From contig REBV01000158.1 in NCBI GenBank assembly GCA_007692545.1, positions 1-46,862 on the forward strand: DNA of 46,862 nucleotides. The letters are read 5' to 3'. Made by a program: the position numbers and the translations under genes. Shown here piece by piece: positions 38,968 to 46,862 of the stretch. The notes under the pieces were generated by a model. It had not been told where the DNA came from. It was given only the letters and a program-made list of their open reading frames with translations, and made no database searches. Source of the DNA: Puniceicoccaceae bacterium. GTDB lineage: Bacteria > Verrucomicrobiota > Verrucomicrobiia > Opitutales > Coraliomargaritaceae. The first letter of the stretch is position 1. Each line of letters starts with the position of its first letter.

Positions 38968-39387
38968 ATGACTGTCTTCACCAAAGAAATCACCGTAGCT
39001 GCGCCGGGCAAGGCGACGGCTGAGTTCACTGGGCAGATCGAGGCGGCTCTGGTCGACTCCGGTCTCCGGGAGGGGACGGCAACTGTCTTTTGCTGTCATA
39101 CCAGCTGCAGTCTTGTGATCATGGAAAATGCGGACCCGTCTGCTCGTCGCGACTTGGAGCGCTTCATGGATCGACTGGTGCCGGAAGATGACCCTGACTT
39201 TACGCACACTTACGAGGGTGCAGACGATATGCCTAGTCATATCAAAATGGCACTGACTCGAACTGCTGAGGTGATTCCGTTCGTGAACGGGCGTCTTTGT
39301 TTGGGCACCTGGCAGGGTGTTTTTCTCTGGGAGCACCGGCAGCGGAGTCATCCCAGGCGAATAGTGCTTAGTTTTCATGGTGAATAG
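38968..39387 (+). CDS. yjbQ: YjbQ/UPF0047 family protein
   Basis: HTSCSL..MENADP, H.YEG.DDMPSHIK, LGTWQG.FL.EHR. Confidence 0.92.
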   Translation: MTVFTKEITVAAPGKATAEFTGQIEAALVDSGLREGTATVFCCHTSCSLVIMENADPSARRDLERFMDRLVPEDDPDFTHTYEGADDMPSHIKMALTRTAEVIPFVNGRLCLGTWQGVFLWEHRQRSHPRRIVLSFHGE

Positions 39388-39488
39388 AGCGGCGTCAAAA
39401 TGATAGGCTGCGTTTTGGGGTAGCAGCAGAGATCTAGTCGTTGCAACAAATTGAAACTATCAAAATAGACGACAACTACCTTGTTAAT

Positions 39489-39503
39489 AAGGGACTGTCC
39501 CTT
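39489..39503. repeat. Palindrome AAGGGACTGTCCCTT (third copy of the GGGACWGTCCC motif)
   Basis: Same motif as 19061-19073 and 19915-19929, again in an AT-rich intergenic region. Confidence 0.7.
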
Positions 39504-39555
39504 GTTTGTGTTTTATGTCGTTGTCGGGGTGCTTAAATTTAGCCAACTCATATTT

Positions 39556-40332
39556 ATGGCAGTTACTTTACACGTTCTTCATTTTAATAATCCGGGTGCG
39601 CCGGCTTTGGTCATGCTGCATGGGTTGTTGGGATCGTCGCGGAATTGGTCGACGATTGGCAAGGCGCTGCAGGATCGTTTTGATGTGCATGCGCTGGACT
39701 TGCGGAACCATGGGGCCTCTCCGCATGCGGAGGCGATGCGCTGGACAGAGTTGTGCGCTGACTTGCAGGCTTATTTGGAGGCGGCGGGACTCAATGAGGT
39801 CGTTCTGCTGGGGCACAGTCTCGGAGGGAAGCTGGCGATGCGCTTTGCCTGCCAGAATTCGGATGTGGTGCGAAAACTCGTAATTGTCGATATCGCAGCC
39901 AAGACTTACCCGCCGTATCACGACAATGAGTTTCGGGCGATGAAGCGTATCCCGGTGGCGGAGCTGACCAGTCGCCGCGAGGCGGAGGAGCTGCTGGAAC
40001 CGATGGTCCCGAACTGGGCCATGCGGCAGTTTTTACTGACGAATCTGGCTCGGGATGATGCGGGTGGTGCGTTTCGCTGGCAGATCAATCTGGAAGGGCT
40101 CCATGCCAGCCTGCCGCATCTTCGTCAAAACTCGCTGCTGGAGACAGACCGCTACGAGGGTCCTAGTCTGCTGATTCGTGGCGCGAACTCGGATTTTATC
40201 GACGATGAGGATGCTGAGGATATGCGGCACTGGTTTCCACATTTGCGTGAGGAGGTGGTCCCCCGCGCGGGGCACAATGTGCATGTCGAAAATCGAAAGG
40301 GCTTTCTCGAAACGTTGAATTCCTGGCTGTAG
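39556..40332 (+). CDS. Alpha/beta hydrolase (YbfF-like esterase)
   Basis: LHGLLGS..NW, DLRNHG.S, nucleophile GHSLGG, AGHNVH. Confidence 0.9.
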   Translation: MAVTLHVLHFNNPGAPALVMLHGLLGSSRNWSTIGKALQDRFDVHALDLRNHGASPHAEAMRWTELCADLQAYLEAAGLNEVVLLGHSLGGKLAMRFACQNSDVVRKLVIVDIAAKTYPPYHDNEFRAMKRIPVAELTSRREAEELLEPMVPNWAMRQFLLTNLARDDAGGAFRWQINLEGLHASLPHLRQNSLLETDRYEGPSLLIRGANSDFIDDEDAEDMRHWFPHLREEVVPRAGHNVHVENRKGFLETLNSWL

Positions 40333-40422
40333 CGCCTCGGGGATTTACAAAATAAATGCGCCACTCCTCTTGAGAAGTGGCGCATGACTTGGAAACAATT
40401 TGGTGCAGTGTCTTCGCTACCT

Positions 40423-41058
40423 TTAGTTCTGCATGATGGCGTTGCGCAGGTTGGAGAATTCCTGGCTGGCAGCTTGCTGGCGCTCAATTTTTGCCATGAT
40501 GTCGGGATCTTTTTCGGACATCTTGTCTATAAGGTTTTCATTGTATTCGCTCATGGCTTCGCGAACTTCGTCGCTTTGGTTGGCTTGGGCTTCAACCATT
40601 TGTAAGTCCTGGCGGATGGAATTGAATTTTTCGCCGAGATTTTGCAATTCCGCTTGCTCTTGCTGACTCATTTCGGAGCCGTCGTTGATGGCCAGTAGTT
40701 GGTCATAGATTTCCTGGCGGCGATCAATCGCATCGCTTTGGTCCGGGGCGATCGCTTTCATTTGCTCGGTCAGGGTAGTACTGTAATTTTTTAAGGCCGC
40801 TCGAACAGCGGGTGCATTATTGGCTTCATTCTGTACTTGTTGAATCTCAGTATTGAGTGTTTGCAGTTCGGTTTGTAATTGTTGAAGCCTTTGCTGGACT
40901 TGCTCCTGGTCGGGCTGTTGAGCTTGCTCTTGCCCCTGCTGTTGCATCTGTGCAAAAGCAGATGCGGCGGGTAAGAGGAGGCAGGCTGACACAGCAGCGA
41001 TGAAGCTGCGAGACATGAGTGCTGTTTTGCGTGTGTAGGTATGTTTTAATTTATTCAT
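40423..41058 (-). CDS. Secreted Gln-rich coiled-coil protein
   Basis: Signal peptide ending ASAFA, then Q/E-rich heptad helices. Start may be 41058 or 41016. Confidence 0.8.
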   Translation of the reverse strand: MNKLKHTYTRKTALMSRSFIAAVSACLLLPAASAFAQMQQQGQEQAQQPDQEQVQQRLQQLQTELQTLNTEIQQVQNEANNAPAVRAALKNYSTTLTEQMKAIAPDQSDAIDRRQEIYDQLLAINDGSEMSQQEQAELQNLGEKFNSIRQDLQMVEAQANQSDEVREAMSEYNENLIDKMSEKDPDIMAKIERQQAASQEFSNLRNAIMQN

Positions 41059-41071
41059 GACCTAGGGCATT

Positions 41072-41088
41072 AACAAGAGGCGTGCCAG
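41072..41088 (-). promoter_or_regulatory. Sigma54 (-24/-12) promoter for the coiled-coil gene
   Basis: Minus strand reads CTGGCACG-CCTC-TTGTT versus consensus TGGCACG-N4-TTGC (one mismatch, at -12). Confidence 0.65.
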
Positions 41089-41165
41089 TCTGATTATTAT
41101 CTCATAAGATATTGATTATAAAACAGATATTTAATTTGTCTAGTTCTGTTGGTCTTCCTCTGGGA

Positions 41166-41199
41166 TGTGCGGATATTAAGCATGCGCGGAAAACGCACA
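41166..41199. promoter_or_regulatory. Putative tandem enhancer (UAS) sites for the NtrC-family regulator
   Basis: TGTGCGGATATTAAGCA followed by near-palindrome TGCGCG-GAAAA-CGCACA, about 105-140 nt upstream of the inferred TSS, with an AT-rich spacer between. Confidence 0.5.
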
Positions 41200-41220
41200 C
41201 ATTTTATCTGGTATTTTGGC

Positions 41221-42651
41221 CTACTGGGAATCCTTATCGCGGTCGAGTATATCGTAAAGTGTGCGTCGTCCAATTTTGGCTTGTTCGGCGGCTTTACGTT
41301 TGTTGCCACCGACTTGCTGGATGAGGTGGCGGAGGTAGCGTTGTTTAACCTGTTCCAGGCTGGGGAAGGGTGGGTCGACGTTGAAGCGACTGGTGCCTTC
41401 TGGGGTATTTCTGGCTTCCGGGCTTTGGGTGGGGAGCATTTGTTGGAGTTGGGGTGGGAGGCTCGTGCGATCAAGGTTTTGGCCGGGCTCGGAGAAAACG
41501 AGCATTTTTTTAATGATATTTTCCAGCTCGCGAATATTTCCGGGGAAAGGGTAGGCGCGGAAAGCGTGGATCACTTCGGGAGCGAAGTCGCCGGTCGTTT
41601 GGTTAAATGAGCGGCCGATACGTTCGAGCAGGTGTCGGGCCAGCATGGGGATATCTGTGCTTCTTTCACGCAGGGGTGGCAGTTCAACGGAGAGTGCTTC
41701 GAGTCGATAAAAGAGGTCTTCGCGAAAGCGTCCCTCGTCCACGTCGCGGCGCAGATCGCGGTGGGTGGCGGCGATGATGCGGGCGTCTGTTGTCATTTCG
41801 CTACTGGCCCCGACGGGGCGGATCGTGCCTTCCTGGAGTGCACGCAGGAGCTTTGCTTGCAATTCGAGGGAGAGTTCGCCGATTTCGTCGAGGAAGAGGC
41901 TGCCCCCGGCGGCGGCTTGAAAGAGGCCGGGTTTTTTCTGGTGGGCCCCGGTGAAGGCACCTTTTTCGTGGCCGAAGAGTTCGCTTTCGATGAGTTCGGC
42001 GGGGATGGCGGCGCAGTTGACCGGGACAAAGTCTTTGGCGGATACGCGACTTTCGGCGTGGATGGCACGGGCGGCCAGTTCTTTACCTGTGCCGCTTTCG
42101 CCGAGCAGAAGGATGGGTTCACGGGTGGCGGCGACTTTGCGTATCTCATAGATGAGGGTGCGCATGCGGGGGCTGTTTCCAATCATGCCGTGGAAATCGC
42201 CCTCAGGGGATTTGTGGCGGGTGGCTTCAAACTCGAGTTTGAGCTGTCGGTATTCAAGTGCCCGATCGACGCAGATGTGGAGTTGTTCAAAATCGAGCGG
42301 TTTGGTCAGGAAATTATCGGCCCCTGCTTTGAGGAGTTCGACGGCCTGAGCGATGCTGCCGAATGCGGTCAGGGCAATGAAGGCGGGTGCTGGGCGCAGC
42401 TGTCGGCTTTCGGCGAGGAGGGTCTCGCCTGAGCCGTCGGGCAGGCGAAGGTCGGAGAGGATCAGGTCGATCCGGGCGTCGGCTTCTTCCAGTTGGTATC
42501 TGGCTTCGGCGATGCTACTGGCGGTGAGGATGCGGTGGTCCTGCTCTTGCAGCTCACTGGCCACGAGCTGCTGAAAATTCTTGTCGTCTTCAACGAGGAG
42601 GATGCGTGCGGGCTGTGTTCGTCGGTTTGGCATATTGGTGGGGGCAGGCAT
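41221..42651 (-). CDS. Sigma54-dependent response regulator (NtrC/ZraR family)
   Basis: Receiver (LVEDD, SDLRLP, FLTKP), AAA+ GESGTGKE, GAFTGA, FLDEIGE, PGNIREL, Fis-type HTH. Confidence 0.95.
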   Translation of the reverse strand: MPAPTNMPNRRTQPARILLVEDDKNFQQLVASELQEQDHRILTASSIAEARYQLEEADARIDLILSDLRLPDGSGETLLAESRQLRPAPAFIALTAFGSIAQAVELLKAGADNFLTKPLDFEQLHICVDRALEYRQLKLEFEATRHKSPEGDFHGMIGNSPRMRTLIYEIRKVAATREPILLLGESGTGKELAARAIHAESRVSAKDFVPVNCAAIPAELIESELFGHEKGAFTGAHQKKPGLFQAAAGGSLFLDEIGELSLELQAKLLRALQEGTIRPVGASSEMTTDARIIAATHRDLRRDVDEGRFREDLFYRLEALSVELPPLRERSTDIPMLARHLLERIGRSFNQTTGDFAPEVIHAFRAYPFPGNIRELENIIKKMLVFSEPGQNLDRTSLPPQLQQMLPTQSPEARNTPEGTSRFNVDPPFPSLEQVKQRYLRHLIQQVGGNKRKAAEQAKIGRRTLYDILDRDKDSQ

Positions 42652-44163
42652 TTAGGATTCGAGGGGTAGGCGCAGAATGAAGCGGGCTCCCTTGCCTGGG
42701 GATTCTGTCGCGCGGAGGTTGCCCTCGTATTCGTGAACAACACGGTCGGCCAGGGCGAGACCGAGTCCGGTGCCTTTGCCTGGGCGGCCGGTAACAAATG
42801 GAGCGAAGATCTGTTCACGTCGCTCGGGGGCAATGCCCGGTCCGTCGTCGTCGATGGTGCAAACGAGCTCTTTGTTCTCGGCGGAGATTCTACAAGTGAC
42901 CTGAGCATCGGGCTTGGCTTGAAAGGCGTTGGCAATAATATTTTTCAAGGCGATGCGCAGGCGTGCTGGATTGGCGCGGACGGTGGGTTGGCCGTGGGGG
43001 AATGCCTTTGGGTCGAGTTGAATCAAGACTTCTCCTCCAGGGGCTTCCGAAACTTGGGCGACAGCTTCGCTTAGGAGGCGATCAAAATCGATGGGTTGGA
43101 CTTCGCTTTTGGAGCGCTCGCCGAAGGAGAGGAGCTCCCGGATAAAGGCTTCGATCCGGCTCACTTCGCCACGAATCGATTGGAGGGCCTGTTGGCTTTC
43201 GGGAGAGTGGGCCTTTCGCACGGCTCGCTGAGCGTGCCCGTCGATGGTGGCAAGCGGTGTGCCGATTTCGTGGCCGATCGAGCCCGCTAATTCACCCAGA
43301 GCGGCGAGTTGCTCGGCGTTACGCAGGCGTCGTTTGAGGCGGCCCTCTTCGCGGGCTTTTTGGGTGAGTTTGGACTGCTGGGCTTCGATGGCATCGAGCA
43401 TTTGGTTGAGTGCTGCGCCCAGCTCGCTTAGCTCGCGGGCACCTTCGGTGGGGACGCGCTCGTGCCGTTTACCAGGCCGGATTCGCCGGATGCTGGCGTG
43501 GAGTTTCCGGACTGGCCGATGAATTGAGTAATGGTAGAGAAAAAGGAGAAAGAGCATGAAGCCGGCGATAAAGAGGGAGTAAGCCAGGGCGAACTGGTTT
43601 TGCAGTTTGGAGAGTGCAGCCTGCATTTCGTGGCGGCTACGCGTCACTTGGAGCATACCGATGGGCTCATCTGCGGCATCATTGAGGGGGACGAAGAAGG
43701 AAAAGATGGATTCGCCGGAGCGCCGCTCATAGCTGCCGACGGGTGCTTTCGGCAGGCTCATTGCGAGGGGGTCGATGGAGTCATTGGTCACACGCCGGTG
43801 TCCGGCCTGGGCGATTAACTGTCCGTCCAGGCCATAGAGGTAGGCCCCATAGACCCGCTCAAAATCGAAGACGGATTCGAGGGCATCGAGCAAGCTATTG
43901 GTCCGATCACGCTCGAAGGAGTAGGCCACGGGTTTGGCCAGGGCGCGGGCGATGAGTTCGACGTCTTCCCACATCTGTTTCTCCAGGGCTTTGCTGACTC
44001 CGCCGTAGAGGATCCAGCCAATGCCGGCGAGCAAGAGGCAAGCCGGGAAAAATAGGCAGAGAAGAATCCGTGCACGCAGCGAGCCATTGAATCCAGTCCG
44101 CGCCGACCGGTGGGCTTCAGTTCGGTGATGGCTTTTTGGGTGGTGTTTTTGACGGACTCCCAT
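42652..44163 (-). CDS. Membrane sensor histidine kinase (HAMP)
   Basis: Two TM segments, HAMP, H-box GHEIGTPL, NIIANA, DDDGPGI, GTGLGL. Abuts the response regulator. Confidence 0.92.
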   Translation of the reverse strand: MGVRQKHHPKSHHRTEAHRSARTGFNGSLRARILLCLFFPACLLLAGIGWILYGGVSKALEKQMWEDVELIARALAKPVAYSFERDRTNSLLDALESVFDFERVYGAYLYGLDGQLIAQAGHRRVTNDSIDPLAMSLPKAPVGSYERRSGESIFSFFVPLNDAADEPIGMLQVTRSRHEMQAALSKLQNQFALAYSLFIAGFMLFLLFLYHYSIHRPVRKLHASIRRIRPGKRHERVPTEGARELSELGAALNQMLDAIEAQQSKLTQKAREEGRLKRRLRNAEQLAALGELAGSIGHEIGTPLATIDGHAQRAVRKAHSPESQQALQSIRGEVSRIEAFIRELLSFGERSKSEVQPIDFDRLLSEAVAQVSEAPGGEVLIQLDPKAFPHGQPTVRANPARLRIALKNIIANAFQAKPDAQVTCRISAENKELVCTIDDDGPGIAPERREQIFAPFVTGRPGKGTGLGLALADRVVHEYEGNLRATESPGKGARFILRLPLES

Positions 44164-44288
44164 GGACAGAAGGCTTAGGGGCGCGGCGCACGGCTGCAAA
44201 CCGTAAATTCCCCGGGGTGGGTTCCTTTTCTTCATAAATACCCAGCTTAGCTTTGCTTCTTTGCCGCTTCCTACTTTTATAGAAGTAT

Positions 44289-45317
44289 ATGACTACTCGT
44301 TCCCAATCTGAGGCTGATACAGTCGCTGCCGCCGGTTTTGCTGGCGTCTATGAGCCGGTGAAGCCGTATCTTGATGAGCTGGATCGCTTCCTTCAGGCAC
44401 AGGTGGAGGATCTGGAGCCGGAGATTCAGGAGCATGTGCGCTATGTTTTTGGGCACAGCGGGAAGCGCTTACGCCCCATGCTAGTGGCTTACAGTGGATG
44501 GGCGGGGCCCGGTCAGCGGCAGCGCGAAGAATTGGTTAAATTGGGCGCGGTCATCGAGCTGGTGCACTTGGCGACTTTGGTACACGACGATATTCTGGAT
44601 GAGGCGGATACGCGACACCGGCAGGAGACGGCAGCGAAGAAATTTGGTCCGGCGGCAGCCGTCTTGATTGGCGATGTGCTCTTTGCGCACGCGCTTAAAT
44701 TAGCGGCTGAGTTCGAGACCAATGAGATCTGTCGTTCGGTGGCGCAGGCCACGGCGAGGGTTTGTGCCGGGGAGATTGCGCAAACTTACCAGCGGGGTGA
44801 GGTGAACTACAGCCGGGAATTTTACTTTCGGGTGATTCAGTTGAAGACGGCGGAGCTTTTTGAGGTGGCCTGTCGGCTCGGGGCCAAAGTGGCAGGCTAC
44901 CCGGTAGCGTTCAGTCAAGCGGCCGGGCTGTTTGGTCGGCATCTGGGGATTGCCTATCAGATTTTTGATGATTTGGTGGACCTTTACGCTGACGAGTCGA
45001 CCATCGGTAAGACATTGGGCACGGATTTGACTAAAGGAAAGTTTACCCTGCCGCTCCTACTGCTTTTGGAGAAGCTGCCGGTTGAGGAACGGGAAGCTTT
45101 GCTCGCCCGCTTCAGGGCGGGTGATGAGACGGTGGCTGATGATTTCACCACACGCTTGCGTGACTTTCCGATTTTCGAGGAAGTGGCGTCCACTTTTGAG
45201 GCGCAGCTCACCCAAGGGGCGGAAGCGGTGGCCCCTTTTGGAGCACTCCCCCCGGTCGAGGCCATGCAGAAAATAGCGGATTTAGTCCGGGCACAGCTGG
45301 GGCGTATAGTGGCTTAG
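44289..45317 (+). CDS. Polyprenyl diphosphate synthase (IspB/HepT-like)
   Basis: GKRLRP, LVHDDILD (first Asp-rich motif), KTAELF, YQIFDDLVD (second Asp-rich motif), GK.LGTDL..GKFTLP. Confidence 0.93.
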   Translation: MTTRSQSEADTVAAAGFAGVYEPVKPYLDELDRFLQAQVEDLEPEIQEHVRYVFGHSGKRLRPMLVAYSGWAGPGQRQREELVKLGAVIELVHLATLVHDDILDEADTRHRQETAAKKFGPAAAVLIGDVLFAHALKLAAEFETNEICRSVAQATARVCAGEIAQTYQRGEVNYSREFYFRVIQLKTAELFEVACRLGAKVAGYPVAFSQAAGLFGRHLGIAYQIFDDLVDLYADESTIGKTLGTDLTKGKFTLPLLLLLEKLPVEEREALLARFRAGDETVADDFTTRLRDFPIFEEVASTFEAQLTQGAEAVAPFGALPPVEAMQKIADLVRAQLGRIVA

Positions 45318-45541
45318 GGAGCAGTGATCTCTTAGCGACTGATAAATTTGTAGTCTAGTATTTCAGACGGCGAAGGGGGACTCTGTTGATTTGGCATTGC
45401 TTTGTTCTCCCCCATGACTCATCAACGGTGAGCAGGGTGATGAATCGTCAGAAAATTACCTTAGATAAATTCCCCGGACCCGCGTAAAAGACGAACCTCA
45501 TCTATGGAGCTCTCCGCGGGCGAAGGACACTTTCACAGTTT

Positions 45542-46862
45542 ATGGATATCGCAATTGTCACGGGTGCGGAGACGCCCCTCGGACTCAATATTATTCAAGG
45601 CCTCGTTCGTCAGGGCTTTCGCGTTCATGGCATCGGAAACAATTTTTCCAAGGTCACCTTCGCCGATTCACAGTTTTTCGCCCACCCGGTCGATCTTTGC
45701 GATCTGGCCGCCGTCAGCGCGGTTATGGAGCAAATCATCGAAAAGGAGTGCTCGCTGGACCTACTGGTTCATGCCTTGGATGTCACTCCAGGTGCCGCCT
45801 TTGAGAAGCTTTCGGTGGGTAATTTGGAGGCTGTTCTCAAAATTGGCTTGTTCGGTCCGGTCCTGCTTACCCGCCTGGCCCTGCCGAATCTACTCCGCTT
45901 CCGAGGGCAGTTGATTAACGTCATTCCAGCCAATAAGAGCGGTGCGCCGTCCAGTGCAGTCAATGCCTTGATCGAAGGTGGCTTGCGCGAGATGAATCGA
46001 GCCCTCTTTGATCGTGCACGGGATGCCGGCTTGCGGGTCACCAACTTGATTCTGCGCCAAAACCCGGAGCCGGATAGTCTTGCGGTAAAGAGCAGTGAGC
46101 AGACACATATCGATCTCGAAGACGTGGCCCGTGCAGTGGAGCATCTGATTGATCCAAATTTCGCTAATGTGCCCGCGGAACTGGTGCTCCATCCGCGGGC
46201 CAGCGCACAGGCGGATCAGGTGCTGCCCGATATGCCGCTACCGCTCGACCCATACAGCGAGGTCGTCTTGCCACCCAAGGCTTATTGCCCGCCGGAGCAG
46301 CCGAAAATCCCAACCGTGGAAAAGCAGAGAGTTGATCGCTCGATCCCTTATACCGACGATGAGATGGAGGATAAGATCGCCGCTGCCATTGAAGATTTTG
46401 AAGCTCATCCCGAACGTTATGAACGCCCCGAACCGAAGCCGGAGCGGGCACCCAAGCCAGCGGGTCCACATCCGGATTCCAGCGAATCCGGCGATGGGGC
46501 TGCCAACAAGCGCCGCCGTGGTCGCCGCCGTGGAGGGCGCAATCGAAACCGTGACCGAGACCGTGACCGCGAGTCGGCGACTCCGCCGGCAAGCGATGGA
46601 CAACAGAAAGCTCAAACGGGTGAGGTGAAAAATAATAAAAGTGGGCCAGCGGTCTCGGGTGAGAGTCAAGCCAAGCCGGATCAGCCGGCAGCTCGCTCCA
46701 ATCGTGGAGGCAGAAAGCCAGTGAGAAAAGCGGACAGACATTCCGAAGGTAAACCTCAAAAAGAGCCACAGCCGCCCGCTGAAAAGGCTCCGGCAGTCGA
46801 AGCTCCAAAGGAGGCTCCGGCCAAGAAGGCGACTAAAAAGGCCGCTAAAAAAGCGACCAAGA
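45542..46862 (+). CDS. Degenerate SDR-fold protein with long disordered Arg/Lys-rich C-terminal tail (3'-truncated by the window; absent from the ORF track)
   Basis: Manual translation from ATG 45542 is open to the window end: MDIAIVTGAETPLG..LVRQGFRV..VDLCD..LDLLVH..GPVLLTRLALP.L..GQLINV..GLRVT, then Pro-rich, RRRGRRRGGRNRNRDRDRDR and KKATKKAAKK segments. Confidence 0.85.
   Translation, partial: MDIAIVTGAETPLGLNIIQGLVRQGFRVHGIGNNFSKVTFADSQFFAHPVDLCDLAAVSAVMEQIIEKECSLDLLVHALDVTPGAAFEKLSVGNLEAVLKIGLFGPVLLTRLALPNLLRFRGQLINVIPANKSGAPSSAVNALIEGGLREMNRALFDRARDAGLRVTNLILRQNPEPDSLAVKSSEQTHIDLEDVARAVEHLIDPNFANVPAELVLHPRASAQADQVLPDMPLPLDPYSEVVLPPKAYCPPEQPKIPTVEKQRVDRSIPYTDDEMEDKIAAAIEDFEAHPERYERPEPKPERAPKPAGPHPDSSESGDGAANKRRRGRRRGGRNRNRDRDRDRESATPPASDGQQKAQTGEVKNNKSGPAVSGESQAKPDQPAARSNRGGRKPVRKADRHSEGKPQKEPQPPAEKAPAVEAPKEAPAKKATKKAAKKATK

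Noticed and set aside
45318-45541. Possible structured ncRNA or riboswitch upstream of the pseudo-SDR (GGGGGA/TCCCCC and CCCGCG/CGCGGG stems)
   Set aside because: Only short 6-bp stems with long loops, and no family consensus that I recognise. An Rfam/Infernal search would be needed.
45504-46808. ORF-track calls 45504-45914, 46149-46628, 46164-46808 and 46238-46759
   Set aside because: These are alternative-frame or antisense shadows of the real open frame starting at 45542.

Overview
A mostly housekeeping segment of a bacterial chromosome. Gene content and protein styles suggest Verrucomicrobiota (Opitutales, Coraliomargarita-like); this is inference, not a database result. Core genes: prfA, prmC, polX, tRNA-Val(GAC), parA, xerC, mutS, purA, guaB, menC, menE, glnD, slyD, ftsK, fumC, yjbQ, a polyprenyl synthase and a sigma54 two-component system. 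Accessory content: the 3' part of a REP-associated tyrosine transposase (RAYT) at the left edge, several REP-like palindrome families, three toxin-antitoxin-type loci (one with an internally deleted vapC, wedged between prfA and prmC), and a truncated mscS between two degenerate ~130-bp direct repeats. The most unusual signal is a 33-bp hairpin mini-element inserted exactly into the 2-nt loop of REP palindromes with no target duplication. It appears to insert into itself, giving nested A(n)B(n) arrays at 4926-5048 and 9665-9730. An empty host REP lies at 16708-16734 and a solo variant lies just downstream of the RAYT. A long ORF missed by the ORF track (45542 to the window end) encodes a catalytically degenerate SDR fold fused to an Arg-rich, histone-like disordered tail. 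No CRISPR array or rRNA was seen.
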